A stretch of DNA of 64,000 nucleotides from Octopus vulgaris (Eukaryota): the NCBI GenBank assembly GCA_951406725.2, contig OX597817.1:87544001-87608000 (forward strand), written 5' to 3'. Each line of letters begins with the position of its first letter. The first letter of the stretch is position 1. The notes under the pieces are model-generated. The model saw only the letters and a program-made list of their open reading frames with translations. It was not told the DNA's origin and ran no database searches. Position numbers and translations under genes: made by a program. This document shows positions 24,697 through 37,207 of the stretch, piece after piece.

Positions 24697-25360
24697 CACT
24701 GATACCTCACAGCATGACTTTAATTTGCTCCATGACCGAGCTCGTCTTACGATTTACTCGCTTTACAAATCAATTTTCCCCATTGAAATTAACTGAAATA
24801 TAATTAATTCGTTCCAACCCCACAAAACAACTCAATAATATATTTTTATGGATTTTAAAACAGAGGTGTAGTTACAAAATGACAACTGTAAAAAAAGAGA
24901 ATGAAAAAGAAATATGCAAACTGGTTTTATTAACTGAATTACCTTAAATATGGGACAATTTGTACGTGAGGAAGACGATGGAACGAGGAGGAGGATCACT
25001 GTTTGGAAGGAGATTCTCCTTCCATTAAGACTTCAATAAGAGCAATTTCTGGCATTTTCTCTCTCACTTCGCTTAATTTTGGCTTTTTGGACACACTTTC
25101 TTCGCTTTTTACATTTGCAGGTCGTTTCATTAGAAACATATCAAGAGCAGTCTATTTTTTCCTGCCTTTCAAAATGGCATGAAAATGCGCCAGAGCAGAG
25201 TCATTAAATAAAGCAGCTGCACGACCTGTTGCTACTTTTTCAAGATGATATTTTTCTACAAATTCAGAAACACTTTGCTAACATTGCCTTTATGTCACTC
25301 GTAGAGATAGCATTCTCTGCTACAGTGTCTTCCTCCGTGGAACCAATCTCTTCTAGCGGT
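24697..25360 (-). mobile_element. Tigger/pogo DNA transposon 3' part (transposase C-terminus and terminal sequence)
   Basis: ISTSDIKAMLAK/VSEFVEKYHLEKVATGRAAALFNDSALAHFHAILKGRKK*TALDMFLMKRP...EVLMEGESPSKQ-stop (stop at 24996-24998). Tigger-like terminus TA|CACTGATACCTC. Confidence 0.7.
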
Positions 25361-25420
25361 GGTGGGAGACAGATGCACACACACATATACACACGCACAC
25401 ACACAAACACAGACAAATAA

Positions 25421-25480
<60 letters not shown>

Positions 25481-25608
25481 CGGGCTTTCAGTTTCTCTCT
25501 ACGAAATCCACTCACAAACCATTAGTCGTCCCGAGGGTATCGTACAGGACACTTTCTCAAGGTGCCATGCAGTGGGACTGAATCTGAAACCGTTTGATCA
25601 GAAATGAA

Positions 25609-26806
25609 TCTTCTTTATTTCATTATATTTGCCATAAAGGCAGTACATAGAGTAAAGTAGCTTTGCGGGCTGGACAAGGACATTAATGAAATGAATGATA
25701 ATGAAAGAAAGATGATAAGGATGGGAGAAGACAAAAAGCGCCCGCCGACTTCTGCTTCTCTAAAACATTGTTCTTTAAAACCAAACACAAAACGAGGTAT
25801 TAAACCTCTTACAACTTTTACAACTTTTCAATTTTTGGACTTAATTGTCCATTACAAACAACAACATAGTTCAATAATTACATATAATATATATAAATAC
25901 AATACACAAAGCCCCTCCTCCCAGACCTGGCTTACACTTCCCTTAGGCAATGCACCAGCTCTAGGTCGGGGCCCCTCAAGGCGTATCTAAACATGTCCTT
26001 TGAGAAGGTGTTCATTACCCTGACCATAGTGACATCCGATATGATCTTCGTAGTCACCTGCGAAGGCCACTCCTCGTCCCCTGTCCAGAGCATGGGCTCC
26101 TCCCTCCGGGAAGCAAGCTTCTTTATTTTATCAAATTAGCCATGGAGACCCTACACTTACATAAAAATCAACAAGTCAATTAAACATCAAAAATCTAGCC
26201 GCCTGCAGAGCAGACCACGTTGACAGCCGGGAGTTCAGAAAGAAAGCGAAGTGCCTATTATCAAATGTTTGTGTCACACAGTGCCACAATTTATAACTCA
26301 CCCTCAAAATAACTTGTGCCCGCATCCTCATCCATCCTCCACGCCTCTTTCAAAATCGAATCGAGTTCCGTATCAGCGTTGCCCGGGTACAAGCGATATT
26401 CCTCATTGAGCCCCTTGAGCCCAAACGTCACGTCAAACGTAATGGCCTCCACAGCTATCTGCGGAGGCCATTCGGCCTCCTGTGTGAAGGCTAAAGGTGC
26501 TCCCTTATGGTGCTTTTCCGTCACCTTTTCAATCTCTCCGCCTCTATAGAAGATCAATACTTCGTCTTCCTCCGGGGGCGGGATATCCAATTCTTTCATT
26601 GGCGGCACAGTTCCCGCCAACGGTGCTTCTTCTCCTGCCGGTGGCACAACCCCAACCGACGTAGTTCCGGGACATTCCGGTACTATGTCACCGACTGCCG
26701 GCAACGTCCCGTTTCTCTTCTTCTTCCTCTTTTTTCTTTTCAACTGAGGGAGGGTGCGGAAGATTCGCCTTCCCCTCCTCATCCCTAGGATCCTTCGGTG
26801 AGCACC
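25609..26806 (-). mobile_element. TSD-flanked, RT-less retrotransposed insert (probably a 5'-truncated non-autonomous L1/Tx1-type element)
   Basis: Exact 10-bp direct repeat CAGAAATGAA at 25599-25608 and 26807-26816. Ends in AATAAAGAAGA. GC-richer coding-like interior. Confidence 0.8.
26291..26782 (-). CDS. 163-aa ORF inside the insert; ORF1-like C-terminal region with basic tract, Pro-rich linker and an unrecognised domain
   Basis: Non-repetitive open frame: KRKKRKKKR...PPPEEDEVLIFYRGGEIEKV...EAEWPPQIAVEAITFDVT...DTELDSILKEAW. A diverged second copy of the domain lies at ~25900-26145. The true start is probably lost by truncation. Confidence 0.5.
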   Translation of the reverse strand: MRRGRRIFRTLPQLKRKKRKKKRNGTLPAVGDIVPECPGTTSVGVVPPAGEEAPLAGTVPPMKELDIPPPEEDEVLIFYRGGEIEKVTEKHHKGAPLAFTQEAEWPPQIAVEAITFDVTFGLKGLNEEYRLYPGNADTELDSILKEAWRMDEDAGTSYFEGEL

Positions 26807-28639
26807 CAGAAATGAAGCTTCTTACCACACAGCCACTCCTGACGTATATATATATGTGTGTGTTTATGTATGTGTGCGTGCATGTGTGCATACGTATGTG
26901 AGTGTTCTGTGTGCGTATGTGTGTGTGCGTGCGCGGATGTGTGTGCATCTGCGTGTGTTTGTATATGTTACTATTCTTCTGTATCCTACCTGATTCTCTT
27001 TCCTCTCCTAGGCACTAGGCGCCTAGCTATGACTGACAATTTAGATCAAAAGCCAGAAACTGTGGAGTCAGGTCCTGAATTTAGGTCTGCGCTATCAAAT
27101 TGAAGCATTCTATCTTATTACGAATCCAATTTAATTATCAAATCATTTCTTTTGCTGTTTTTAGTCACCATGAAATAGAAATAAGCTCCAGTGTGAGTAA
27201 AATCCCCTAAACTCTTTCGATTACCCGATTCGCTAATTTTCCTGGGAATAGCATGAATGTCACTAGATCCCATTTCCTGAAATTCATTGGCCTTTTTCCA
27301 TTTGCCTGTGATCCAATTATGAAACAATGTTCCTATTTTCTATTTGTATTTAAAGAATCAGTTCCCTGTGTCAAACAATTTTGACAATTTATTTTTCATA
27401 TTTTCCATAATTCGAAATCAATGATGAGTAGCAGAAACGGCAGAGAACCGGAATCCTAGAATGGTCGTCCTTACTTTTCATCTTCTGAGATCCGATAAAA
27501 TAAGTTTGTCAAGTTTTGCGGTTGATTAAATCGAGCTTTCATTAAATTTGTGATCTTGTACCAAAGTTAGAGATCAATAGTTTTTATGGAGTTGTGTCTT
27601 ATGGAAAATAGATTATTTTGATATCTGGAAACAGTTCCGGCGCAAAACCAGTCTTAGCGAATTTATTCCATTCGAATTGATACTCGACTATATCCACTGT
27701 CTCACAAGTGGAACATTATCATTGTTTGAGGTACATTATGAAAGAAATTACTTGACTCATTATACTGCATTTAATGGATCTTGTTGAAGCTTTAACAACA
27801 ACTTGTTTATTGTAAGGATTTAGCTGTTGCCTCTATAAGCAATACCACTTGTAAGGAAAGGGTTCTCAGCTTTTATCAATGAAGTTTGGTTAAGTGGTCG
27901 AAGTAGGTAGCAAGGACAGAAGTTTACAACGTAGATTATTTATTAAATTTTATGTAGAATAGCCATTACATTGTTGACTGTTGCAGAGTAACTGTTATAT
28001 GTATGTGTGTTTTATAAGACAAAAATACAACGACTTCAACCAAATATAGTCACTGGTAAGTCATTAGGTAAAACGAAACGTATTTTTTATTGGATTTATT
28101 GTTCTTAATAAAATATACTTTCAGTTCTGTAGCCTAAATATGCTCCTCTGAACAGATGACCTTTCACACTGGCTTGCTTGCCTACAAGCTGACTAGCTAA
28201 TTTGATAACTTGATAACTAGCTTTATATACACATACGTAAGGTTTTTGCCTCTCGGCTAATTCAACCAGTACGGTTGCAGAAGCCGGTTGAGTAAAGTTG
28301 ATGTCACAGTCAACTCAAATTTTACAGTAAACTTGACTTCATCCCCATTATTTTGTCAATTACCTGGTGAATCAAATGTTTAATGCGAGAAAAGAACAAG
28401 TGGACGATAGCTGGCAATTAAGTAACCTTAACAGGACGATTGAAGAAACCCCGGGACTTATTTTTTGTAAGCGTAGTAATTATTTCTCTCGGTCTCTTTT
28501 GCCGAACGGCTATGTTTCGGTGCCCAAAGTGTCACTCAGTGGGACTGAACCCGGAACCGTCTTACCACACAGGTACGCCTGTTCAGAAATTATGAAAAAA
28601 TTATTTTCCAAAATATATTTTGTCCGATACCTTATTCCT

Positions 28640-28710
28640 CGTGACGTCATATAAGCCCGGAAATACTTTACGGGAAGTCTTACGAGAGGTTCTCTCAGGA
28701 AGTTCCTGTT
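28640..28710. promoter_or_regulatory. Cluster of CRE, TATA-like and ETS-type motifs (candidate enhancer or promoter)
   Basis: TGACGTCA (28642-28649), TATAAG, CCGGAAAT, CGGGAAGT and the palindrome CAGGAAGTTCCTG (28696-28708) within 70 bp. Confidence 0.25.
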
Positions 28711-28787
28711 TTGCCGGTAGAACATTTGTAGAGATAGGTGGCTTGTAGTTCATGCTTGCAACGCGAATTATTCAGTACAGTACATAT

Positions 28788-29120
28788 TGGTTTCATATTT
28801 TGCCACAAGGCCAGCAGTTTCGGGAAGAGACTAAGTCGTTACATCGACTCATCGACCACAGTGCTCAACTGGTACTTATTTTCATCAAACCCGAAAGGAT
28901 AAAAAGCAAAGTCGACCCCGGCGAAATTTGAACTTAGATTGTAAAGACGGACGAAATGCTGCTAAGCATTTTGCCCGGTGTGCTAACAATTCCGCCAGCT
29001 CGCTGCCTTAACAGTATAGTACATATTGTTTTCAGATATGGGCATAAACTCAACAGTTTAGACATAAGGCCGCCAAGCATATTGCCCGGTGTGCTAACGA
29101 TTCTCTCAGCTCACCGTCTT
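28788..29120 (-). mobile_element. SINE family A tandem pair (second internally deleted)
   Basis: Family A motifs; copies are bounded by the repeated flank AGTACATATT. Confidence 0.85.
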
Positions 29121-29917
29121 AAACGGCATAGTACATATTAAGAGATAATAGAAGTTGGCTGAGTAACCGACAGCTGTTCGTTCGTGATAATTGAAGTAGT
29201 AATTGATTGTCTTATATGATTAGAGGAAATGTGTGTATTTCGTGAAGTGTAAATTCAGGCTATTGACTGAATGTGCTTTTGTCAGTAGCTTCTTAAATAT
29301 TCTTTCATAGTTCCTAATATGACCGTAGATTGTTTAGTGGAAAATAATGAAAGGTTAATCTATATTACTGATAGACGAATTTGATTTAAAAATATAAATC
29401 AGATTGTCAGCGACCCGGAAGGTAGCCATCAGTGAAATACATAAGACACAGAGAAAGCCTTTACAAGGATAATCAAAGACATAGAAATAGCAGCCAAATA
29501 TTCTACGAATCTCACACTACTATCTAAGATACGGAAAGAATACATTCAATAATATATCCCGCGACACACATTCTTCTTAAAAGACTGCGTCCTATTGGAA
29601 ATGCCTCTGGTTAAAATTCTACTGGATGAAAACTCACCTGGAACTAAAAAAACAATAAGTCACTATTTGATTAACAGTAAAATTAGTTTTGGTGGAATTT
29701 TTACATGAAGAATGTTTCGTATTTAAGATTAGCTCAGATTAAATGAAAAGAACAAAATACACAAATGAAATTTAAACACTAGCTAATCCTTCGACGTAAG
29801 CAAATGAACGGGAATTGAGAATTATTTCTTATTAACGGAGCAGAAAAGGGGAGTTGAGCAATTTTCAAATTAAAGTACAATGATATAGCACTATGTATAA
29901 CACACATGCACATATGC

Positions 29918-30260
29918 ATGTATGTATGTATGTATGTATGTATGTATGTATGTATGTATGTATGTATGTATGTATGTATGTATGTATGTATGTATGCATG
30001 TATGTATGTACGTATGTATGTATGTATGTATGTATGTATGTATGTATGTATGTATGTATGTATGTATGTATGTATGTACGTATGTATGTATGTATGTATG
30101 TATGTATGTATGTATGCGTGTATGTATGTATGTATGTACGTATGTATGTATGTACGTATGTATGCATGTATGTATGTATGTACGTATGTATGTATGTATG
30201 TATGTATGTATGCATGTATGTATGTATGTACGTACGTATGTATGTATGTATGTATGTATG

Positions 30261-30289
<29 letters not shown>
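29918..30289. repeat. (TATG)n microsatellite
   Basis: Directly visible. Confidence 0.95.
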
Positions 30290-30291
<2 letters not shown>

Positions 30292-30610
30292 GAAGGTATC
30301 AGGCAGGTTACGTAAGTAAATACCCAGAGCAGGCAGTGAGCATTAATAAAGTAAATTGCCAACAAGTAGACTTATCACAGTAAATGTTAGTCAAAATGTC
30401 TTGACAAAAAAAATATTTACATACACACACAGACACACACACACACATACACACATATACATATATAAATACCCCGCCATATATATATGTGTGTGTATGT
30501 ATATGTATAGCACGCGCGTGTGTGTATAAGGTTATATATACATATACATAAACATATACATATATACTCATGCAAACACATATATACGTACATATGCACT
30601 TACACAGGCA

Positions 30611-30690
<80 letters not shown>

Positions 30691-30749
30691 AATACACACT
30701 CACAGATGTTCATATATACGTGTGTAGATGTATATACGTGTATACATGG

Positions 30750-31067
<318 letters not shown>

Positions 31068-31483
31068 TTTCGTGTTTGAAATAACACTGTAGAATATCAA
31101 TGGATGTAAGGTAAGTATTGAATGATTGAATGAATCGATGGCGTTAGCCTGGAGAAGACGGGAAGACAAAACTAAAATAACTAGTGGAAAACACGTTAAA
31201 TTTAGTGAGTGTAAAGAGTTAGATGAAAATTACTTTTAAAAATAAACTTGTACACCATTAAGGAAAATAACATTTTGAAGATTAGTTGAAAATGCCGAAT
31301 AGACATTTTTACCACCTATTGATTTTTCCGATATTTTTAATACATATAACATACATTTATAAATTAAAATGCTATCTGTGCTAAATATCACTGTCTGTGA
31401 ACAAGTCATTTTAACACATCTATAAAATTTCTCCAATTTCAAATTCAATTTGTTTCTCTTATCTAAATCGCATTATTATTATA

Positions 31484-31545
<62 letters not shown>

Positions 31546-31551
<6 letters not shown>

Positions 31552-32101
31552 CATTACTGGGGTAAAATATTATCATTACTGGGGTAAAATATGCGAAGCC
31601 TAGTATACCCATCATAACTACCCGTCTGATAAGGGTACACCAGGCATATGCATCTCAACCATATGCGCGATATGGTGATCTCATATCAAGATTAAGAACT
31701 CATGACTTTGCAGGTGGGGCCCAGTTAGAATTTTCTCCAGTTCGAGAAGCCCATCCCGCTCAAAAGGTCCCTGACTGAATAAAAGTTATTTAAGGATGTT
31801 GAACGAAACACCCATTTTTCCAGAGGTGAATTATTCAAACCCCAAAGAATTCCTCTCAACACATGGCTATGATGCTACCCCACTACTTCTGCTCGTGATC
31901 AGAGATGCACGTATCGTCAGCCAATAAGGGACACGGTCAACTGGTTATGGTCAAACAACTGACAAGCAAATCTGGTATTGAGCAGAATATTTACTGTAGC
32001 CCATCTTTTATACCAAGACAAAACAATGAACACGATAACACTTCCAATCAGTTAAGATGAGAAGCCATGAGAGCCACTGCCTGGTACTGCATCAGGGCAT
32101 C
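31546..32101 (-). mobile_element. Second copy of the (TAA)n-embedded ~500 bp repeat
   Basis: Reverse complement of 21853-22345; 22-bp terminal duplication TATTATCATTACTGGGGTAAAA x2; flanked by (ATT)n on both sides. Confidence 0.8.
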
Positions 32102-32264
<163 letters not shown>

Positions 32265-32268
32265 TTTA

Positions 32269-32346
<78 letters not shown>

Positions 32347-32444
32347 TCACTGCCTGGAATAGAATTCGGAATCTTGGGGTTAGTAGCCCGCACTCTTAAT
32401 CACTATGCCATATGTCCGTGAGCATATGGTGTAGTGGTCACTGA

Positions 32445-33200
32445 ATTGTTAAACAATTGCTTGTAAACCCTGTAGTCGTTCGTCATTTTTTGCAAAGAGC
32501 TTTAAATCATCCATGTAAAAGAGATGATGTATATTTTTATCAAAAATTTTATAGCCATATTGTACATCATCGAGCAATTTCGAGTACGATATTAAGGAGG
32601 AGTGGTAACAGAGAGCCACCTTGGAAAATGCCATATGAAATTCTAACATCGCCAGCATTGAGAGATTCATTGTCACAGTTCAAAGTCAAAGTGGTTCTCC
32701 ATGATCTCATACTTGCAGATAAGAAGCTTCGCCGAGCAGGTGCTATTTTATAAATTTCCCGACAGTTTTTAATCCAGCTATGTGGTAGACTATCAAAAGC
32801 TTTCTTGACAACCTTCTAAGATCATCTTGTTGATGAGTAGCTGATCTTTACAACCATAGGACCCACATTTGCATCTATTTTGCTCATTAGGGAAAATGCC
32901 AGTTTCTATTAAGAAACTATAGGTGTACTCAGTCAATACAGAAGTTAGTATTTTATACATTGTTTTTAAGCAGGTTATGGGTCTATAATATTTAGGTTCA
33001 TTTGTTTCTTCATTTTTTTAAAGTAAAAATATAACACCGTTAACTAACCAAGAGGGAATCGTACTAGGTTGCTGCAAAACGCCGTTGAAAGTGTTGTTAG
33101 CAGTTCATGACTCTTTGGCAAGGCATTCAACCAGAAGTTAGGAATTTTATCCTTTCTTGGAGACTTCCATTTGCTTGACTTCCTGAGAGTAGATCATACA
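32445..33200 (-). mobile_element. R4-clade LINE reverse transcriptase fragment
   Basis: Minus frames: NEPKYYRPITCLKTMYKILTSVLT, PNEQNRCKCGSYGCKDQLLINKMILE, KAFDSLPHSWI, GIFQGGSLLPLLL, IHHLFYMDDLKLFAKND. Confidence 0.85.
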
Positions 33201-34027
33201 TCCTCTAATCAACTCAACCCACCCCTAAAATTGCTGGCCTTGTGCCAGAATTTTAAACAATTATTACTATTAGTGGTGGTGGTGGTGGTGTTTTTGTTTT
33301 CGTCGTTGTTTTCGTTATTACTCGCGATTTAAGAAATACATCGATAATTTCTTTTGCATCAAAATGTCCAAAGCTTAATGAATGTTTCATGTAAGCGCTC
33401 TACCAAAATTTACTGATTCTAGTATTACAACTCTCAGAAACGAGCCTCTGTTATCCTCGGGGGTAATTTTGCCGATGCCTTTACAGGAGATGTTAACCAT
33501 TGCTGTTGTTGACACATTTCCTCACCGTCATGTTTTTTATTCAACATCATAATTCCATAGATTTTCCAGCCCGTTTCTGAAAAATACTAAAGCCATTTTG
33601 TATTCCTACGATTCTTTGGTAATGCATTGACATTTTTGTCGTCATAAATTAATGTCACACTTATTATGTGATATCTGTTGTTCTGTCTATATACTAAACA
33701 TCCATAATGTGTCCGTCTTTTCATTTTTTACAACCAGAGATTTTCTGGCGGCAGCTTTGGTGGTTAGGCGTAGATAAAGCTACTTTGTTACGTTTTTCTG
33801 TCCCGAAATATATATATTGTCCGTGCACTGTAAGTCATACTTAAACAATGAGGTGCATTGTTTCAGAAAGGAAACGCTAAACGGATGACATGTGTCGTGT
33901 ATATTATAGGAATTATGTGTAGTCATTTTGACGCTTAGAGATAGACTGTTCTTCTGTTCTATCGTGAAGCTTGTTAGTTCTGTTGTCCACCCAAGTTGGA
34001 TATATCTATCCAAGCAAGAGTTACATC

Positions 34028-34136
<109 letters not shown>

Positions 34137-34274
34137 CATATATATTGGTTATTCGTTATAATACACTATCGATATGGTCATTTTTGTTGCTGATTTGCGT
34201 TAAATTTCAGCTGAACGATATTGGTTCAATTTCTTAAGAGAATCTGTGTTTCTGGCAAGATAATTGATTTGCTA

Positions 34275-34479
34275 AGGCGGAATCACTAGTGCGCCGGGGG
34301 AAATTCTTAGCAGCATTTCATCAGTATTTACGTTTTGAGCTCAAAACCCGCCATGGTCCACTTTACCTTTTATCCTTTTGGGGTCGGTAAAATAAATACC
34401 AGTGAAGTATTGGGCTCAATGTAATCGACTTATCTTCTTCCTCGAAGTTGTTGGCGTTGTGAAAAAAACTGAAATCAAA
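34275..34479 (+). mobile_element. SINE family A with 15-bp TSD
   Basis: ATAATTGATTTGCTA at 34260-34274 and 34480-34494. Confidence 0.85.
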
Positions 34480-34658
34480 ATAATTGATTTGCTACTTTTT
34501 GCATGATCATAATCCTCAAGGATTCGTTTTCTAATTCATAACAAGGACAGGCCCTGTGAGTTCGGAAAGTAACATTAATAGGTAGTGACTCAATAATTGG
34601 CTGAATGTCAAATTAATTGTTTATAACTTTGTAATCTTTAATAGATCTCTTGTATATT

Positions 34659-35046
34659 GGATGGAAGCACTCCGTCGGTTACGACGATGATGGTTCCGGT
34701 TGATCCGAATCAACGGAACAGCCTGCTCGTGAAATTAACGTGTAAGTGGCTGAGCACTCCACTGACACGTGCACCCTTAACGTAGTTCTCGGGGATATTC
34801 AGCGTGACACAGAGAGTGACAAGGCCGGCCCCTTGAAATACAGGTACAACAGAAACAGGAAGTAAGAGTGAGAGAAAGCTGTGGTGAAAGAGTACAGCAG
34901 GGATCACCACCATCCCCTGCCGGAGCCTCGTGGAGCTTTTAGGTGTTTTCGCTCAATAAACACTCACAACGCCCGGTCTGGGAATCGAAACCACGATCCT
35001 ATGACCGCGAGTCTGCTGTCCTAACCACTGGGCCATTGCGCCTCCA
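34659..35046 (-). mobile_element. Full-length, well-preserved tRNA-derived SINE (family C tail, alternative centre) with 12-bp TSD
   Basis: Head GGAGGCGCAATGGCCCAGTGGTTAGG...GGTTTCGATTCCC; TSD CTCTTGTATATT at 34647-34658 and 35047-35058. Confidence 0.9.
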
Positions 35047-35944
35047 CTCTTGTATATTATGACCTATGTAATATATGTTACACTTAAGTGCATTATTACA
35101 GTGCTACATGACATAGCTAGCACTGACAAATATATTCATAAATGGTACATATAGTATTCGTCCTTGACATGTGTTCTAAAACAGATTTTTCACTCTGTCG
35201 AAAATATCCATTTGTCATTCGCATTTGTACGACTTGCAAACAGTTTTAATGCCATCTTGGTGGAAGCATCTTTTGGTTGTTCGCTATAATACAGTAAAAC
35301 TGAAATAAGTAAGAGTAAAAGTATCTACAGAAAAAATATTTGTCCAGCTCCTGTATTGTCTTATCTCTTCCATTTCCAGATCATTTACTTGATTTGTCAG
35401 TTTGCCTCATTGTATTGTCTGTTCCATTGTATTTCTTGAGTCCAAGAAGACATCCAAATATGTTTCCTAAACAGCTAATTATGAACTAATTGTACTTAAT
35501 TACCTCCTTTAAAAAAGCATTGGCTACAATAGACTACACTCTAACGCGCCAAATTTACAAAACGATGATTGGCTGATAGTTTTTCATTAAAATGTGTGTG
35601 TATGTATGTGTGTGTGTATGTATGTGTGTATGCGTGTGTGTGTGCATGTGTACGTGTGTTTGGATCTTCAAACAGGCAAAAAAGTACTCGATATATATTG
35701 TAGAGTTTATTTATACTTGAGGTTTCCCACATCATCAGGCTTCTGAATGTTAGTCAGTTGTGTTAGTGTGACGTAACATGCTATTTATAGCACTTTCTGA
35801 TGGACAAAAGCAGTAGCCGTAAAAAGTGGTTTGTTAATCATTTCAACAACTAGTTCGAGATTGCTACAATATACATGTTGCCAACATGGTACTAAGAAAT
35901 GCGCGATTTTATTCAGTTTCTAACTGAAAATACCTTATAATACA

Positions 35945-36956
35945 CTAGCAGTATCGCCCGGCGTTGCTCGGGTTTGTAAGGGAAATAACTATATAAGCAT
36001 TTTTAGTGAGTTATAGCAAAAAAATAGCAAAAAATGCATTAAAAATGGAATAAAAAATTATGGTAATTTTTTTTAATCGTTGACTCATCGTAGACATTTT
36101 TAGAGAGTTACTTCCCTTATATAATAGCGAAAAATGCATTAAAATGGAATAAAAATTGATGGTAATTTTTTTTTAATCGTTGACTCATCGTAGACATTTT
36201 TAGAGAGTTACTTCCCTTATATAATAGCGAAAAATGCATTAAAATGTAATAAAAAATGATGGTAAATTTTTTTTAAATCGTAGACTCATCGTAGACGCGC
36301 GCTAATACCCAGAAGGGCTCGATATGAATCACGACTATAAGATACCCGGTTTTGGTTAAACAGCACCGCAAAATGTGGGAGTAGTTAGGAATCTAAATCG
36401 TAGGAGACAGACACACAACCTTACTTTTATATATAAAGATTTGTGCAACAACTAAAACATTCGGTTGTACAAATTGTTTGCACAGGAAACCTGCCCTGTG
36501 TGGCGATTTTTGCCGTTTTTGTGGATCTGTTTCAGCTTTTTTAGCGATTTCTGTTTTGGCGACTTCAAGCCATGAAGTCGTTGTTCTAAAAGAACGCTGG
36601 TCTCCTTGACAACGCATTACGACGTTGATTTCCTTACACTCCCTTCCCCACAGCTTCACGAGGGAGGGAAGAAGGGGGAGAAGCAAACAGGTGCAGGTGT
36701 GAGCGTGGACGCCAACTCCGCCGCCATCGACACACGAAAAAATATGCATTAAAATGGAATAAAAAAAATGATGTTAAATTATTTTTAAAATCGTAGACTC
36801 ATCGTAGACGCGCGCTAATACCCAGACGGGCTCGATATGAATCACGACTATAAGATACCCGAATTTGGTTAAACTGCACCGCAAAATGTGGGAGTAATTA
36901 GGAATCTAAATCGAAGGGGACAGACACTCACACAACTACAATTTTATATATATAGA
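35945..36956 (-). mobile_element. Non-autonomous Helitron with internal tandem repeats and two 5' ends
   Basis: 5' A|TCTATATATATAAAA at 36956; 3' hairpin CCCGAGCAACGCCGGG then CTAG|T at 35945; second 5' end TCTTTATATATAAAA at 36439; internal repeats of roughly 100 bp. Confidence 0.85.
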
Positions 36957-37207
36957 TTTGTGTTCGTGAATTCAAAAGTTTGCATAAGTATGTTATATTT
37001 TCCCGGCCGAAGACCTGGTATCCTTTTGATTCATTGATACAAAGAGTTGTAGTTTCGACAACAGGCTGGTGTTGTTGATTCTTTTCTCATTCAGATTCCA
37101 CATATATCAAGATAGTTAGGTTGATTTTCGTTTATCTCTAGATATAAAAGAGGGTGTATACTAAGTGTAGCAGGAGTTGAACTTTGTATTTTCGACGAAA
37201 CTGGTGC

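Larger units (their letters stand above)
25365..26845 (-). mobile_element. SINE family B split in its tRNA head by a 1.2 kb insertion
   Basis: The head CAGGAGTGGCTGTGTGGTAAGAAGCTTCATTTCTG (~26842-26807) resumes at 25608 as TTCATTTCTGATCAAACGGTTTCAGATTCAGTCCCACTGCATGGCACCTTGAG. Confidence 0.85.

Noticed and set aside
27611-27730. Open frame YFDIWKQFRRK...SLFE with flanking AG/GT
   Set aside because: No polypyrimidine tract, weak donor and no recognisable homology.
33526-33576. 51-nt minus-strand segment with TTTTTCAG acceptor and GTGAGG donor
   Set aside because: Such pseudo-exons are expected by chance in 64 kb; no additional support, so not listed as a feature.
34975-35046. Possible tRNA gene at a SINE head
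   Set aside because: It continues into a SINE body flanked by a 12-bp TSD, and the acceptor stem is not formed.
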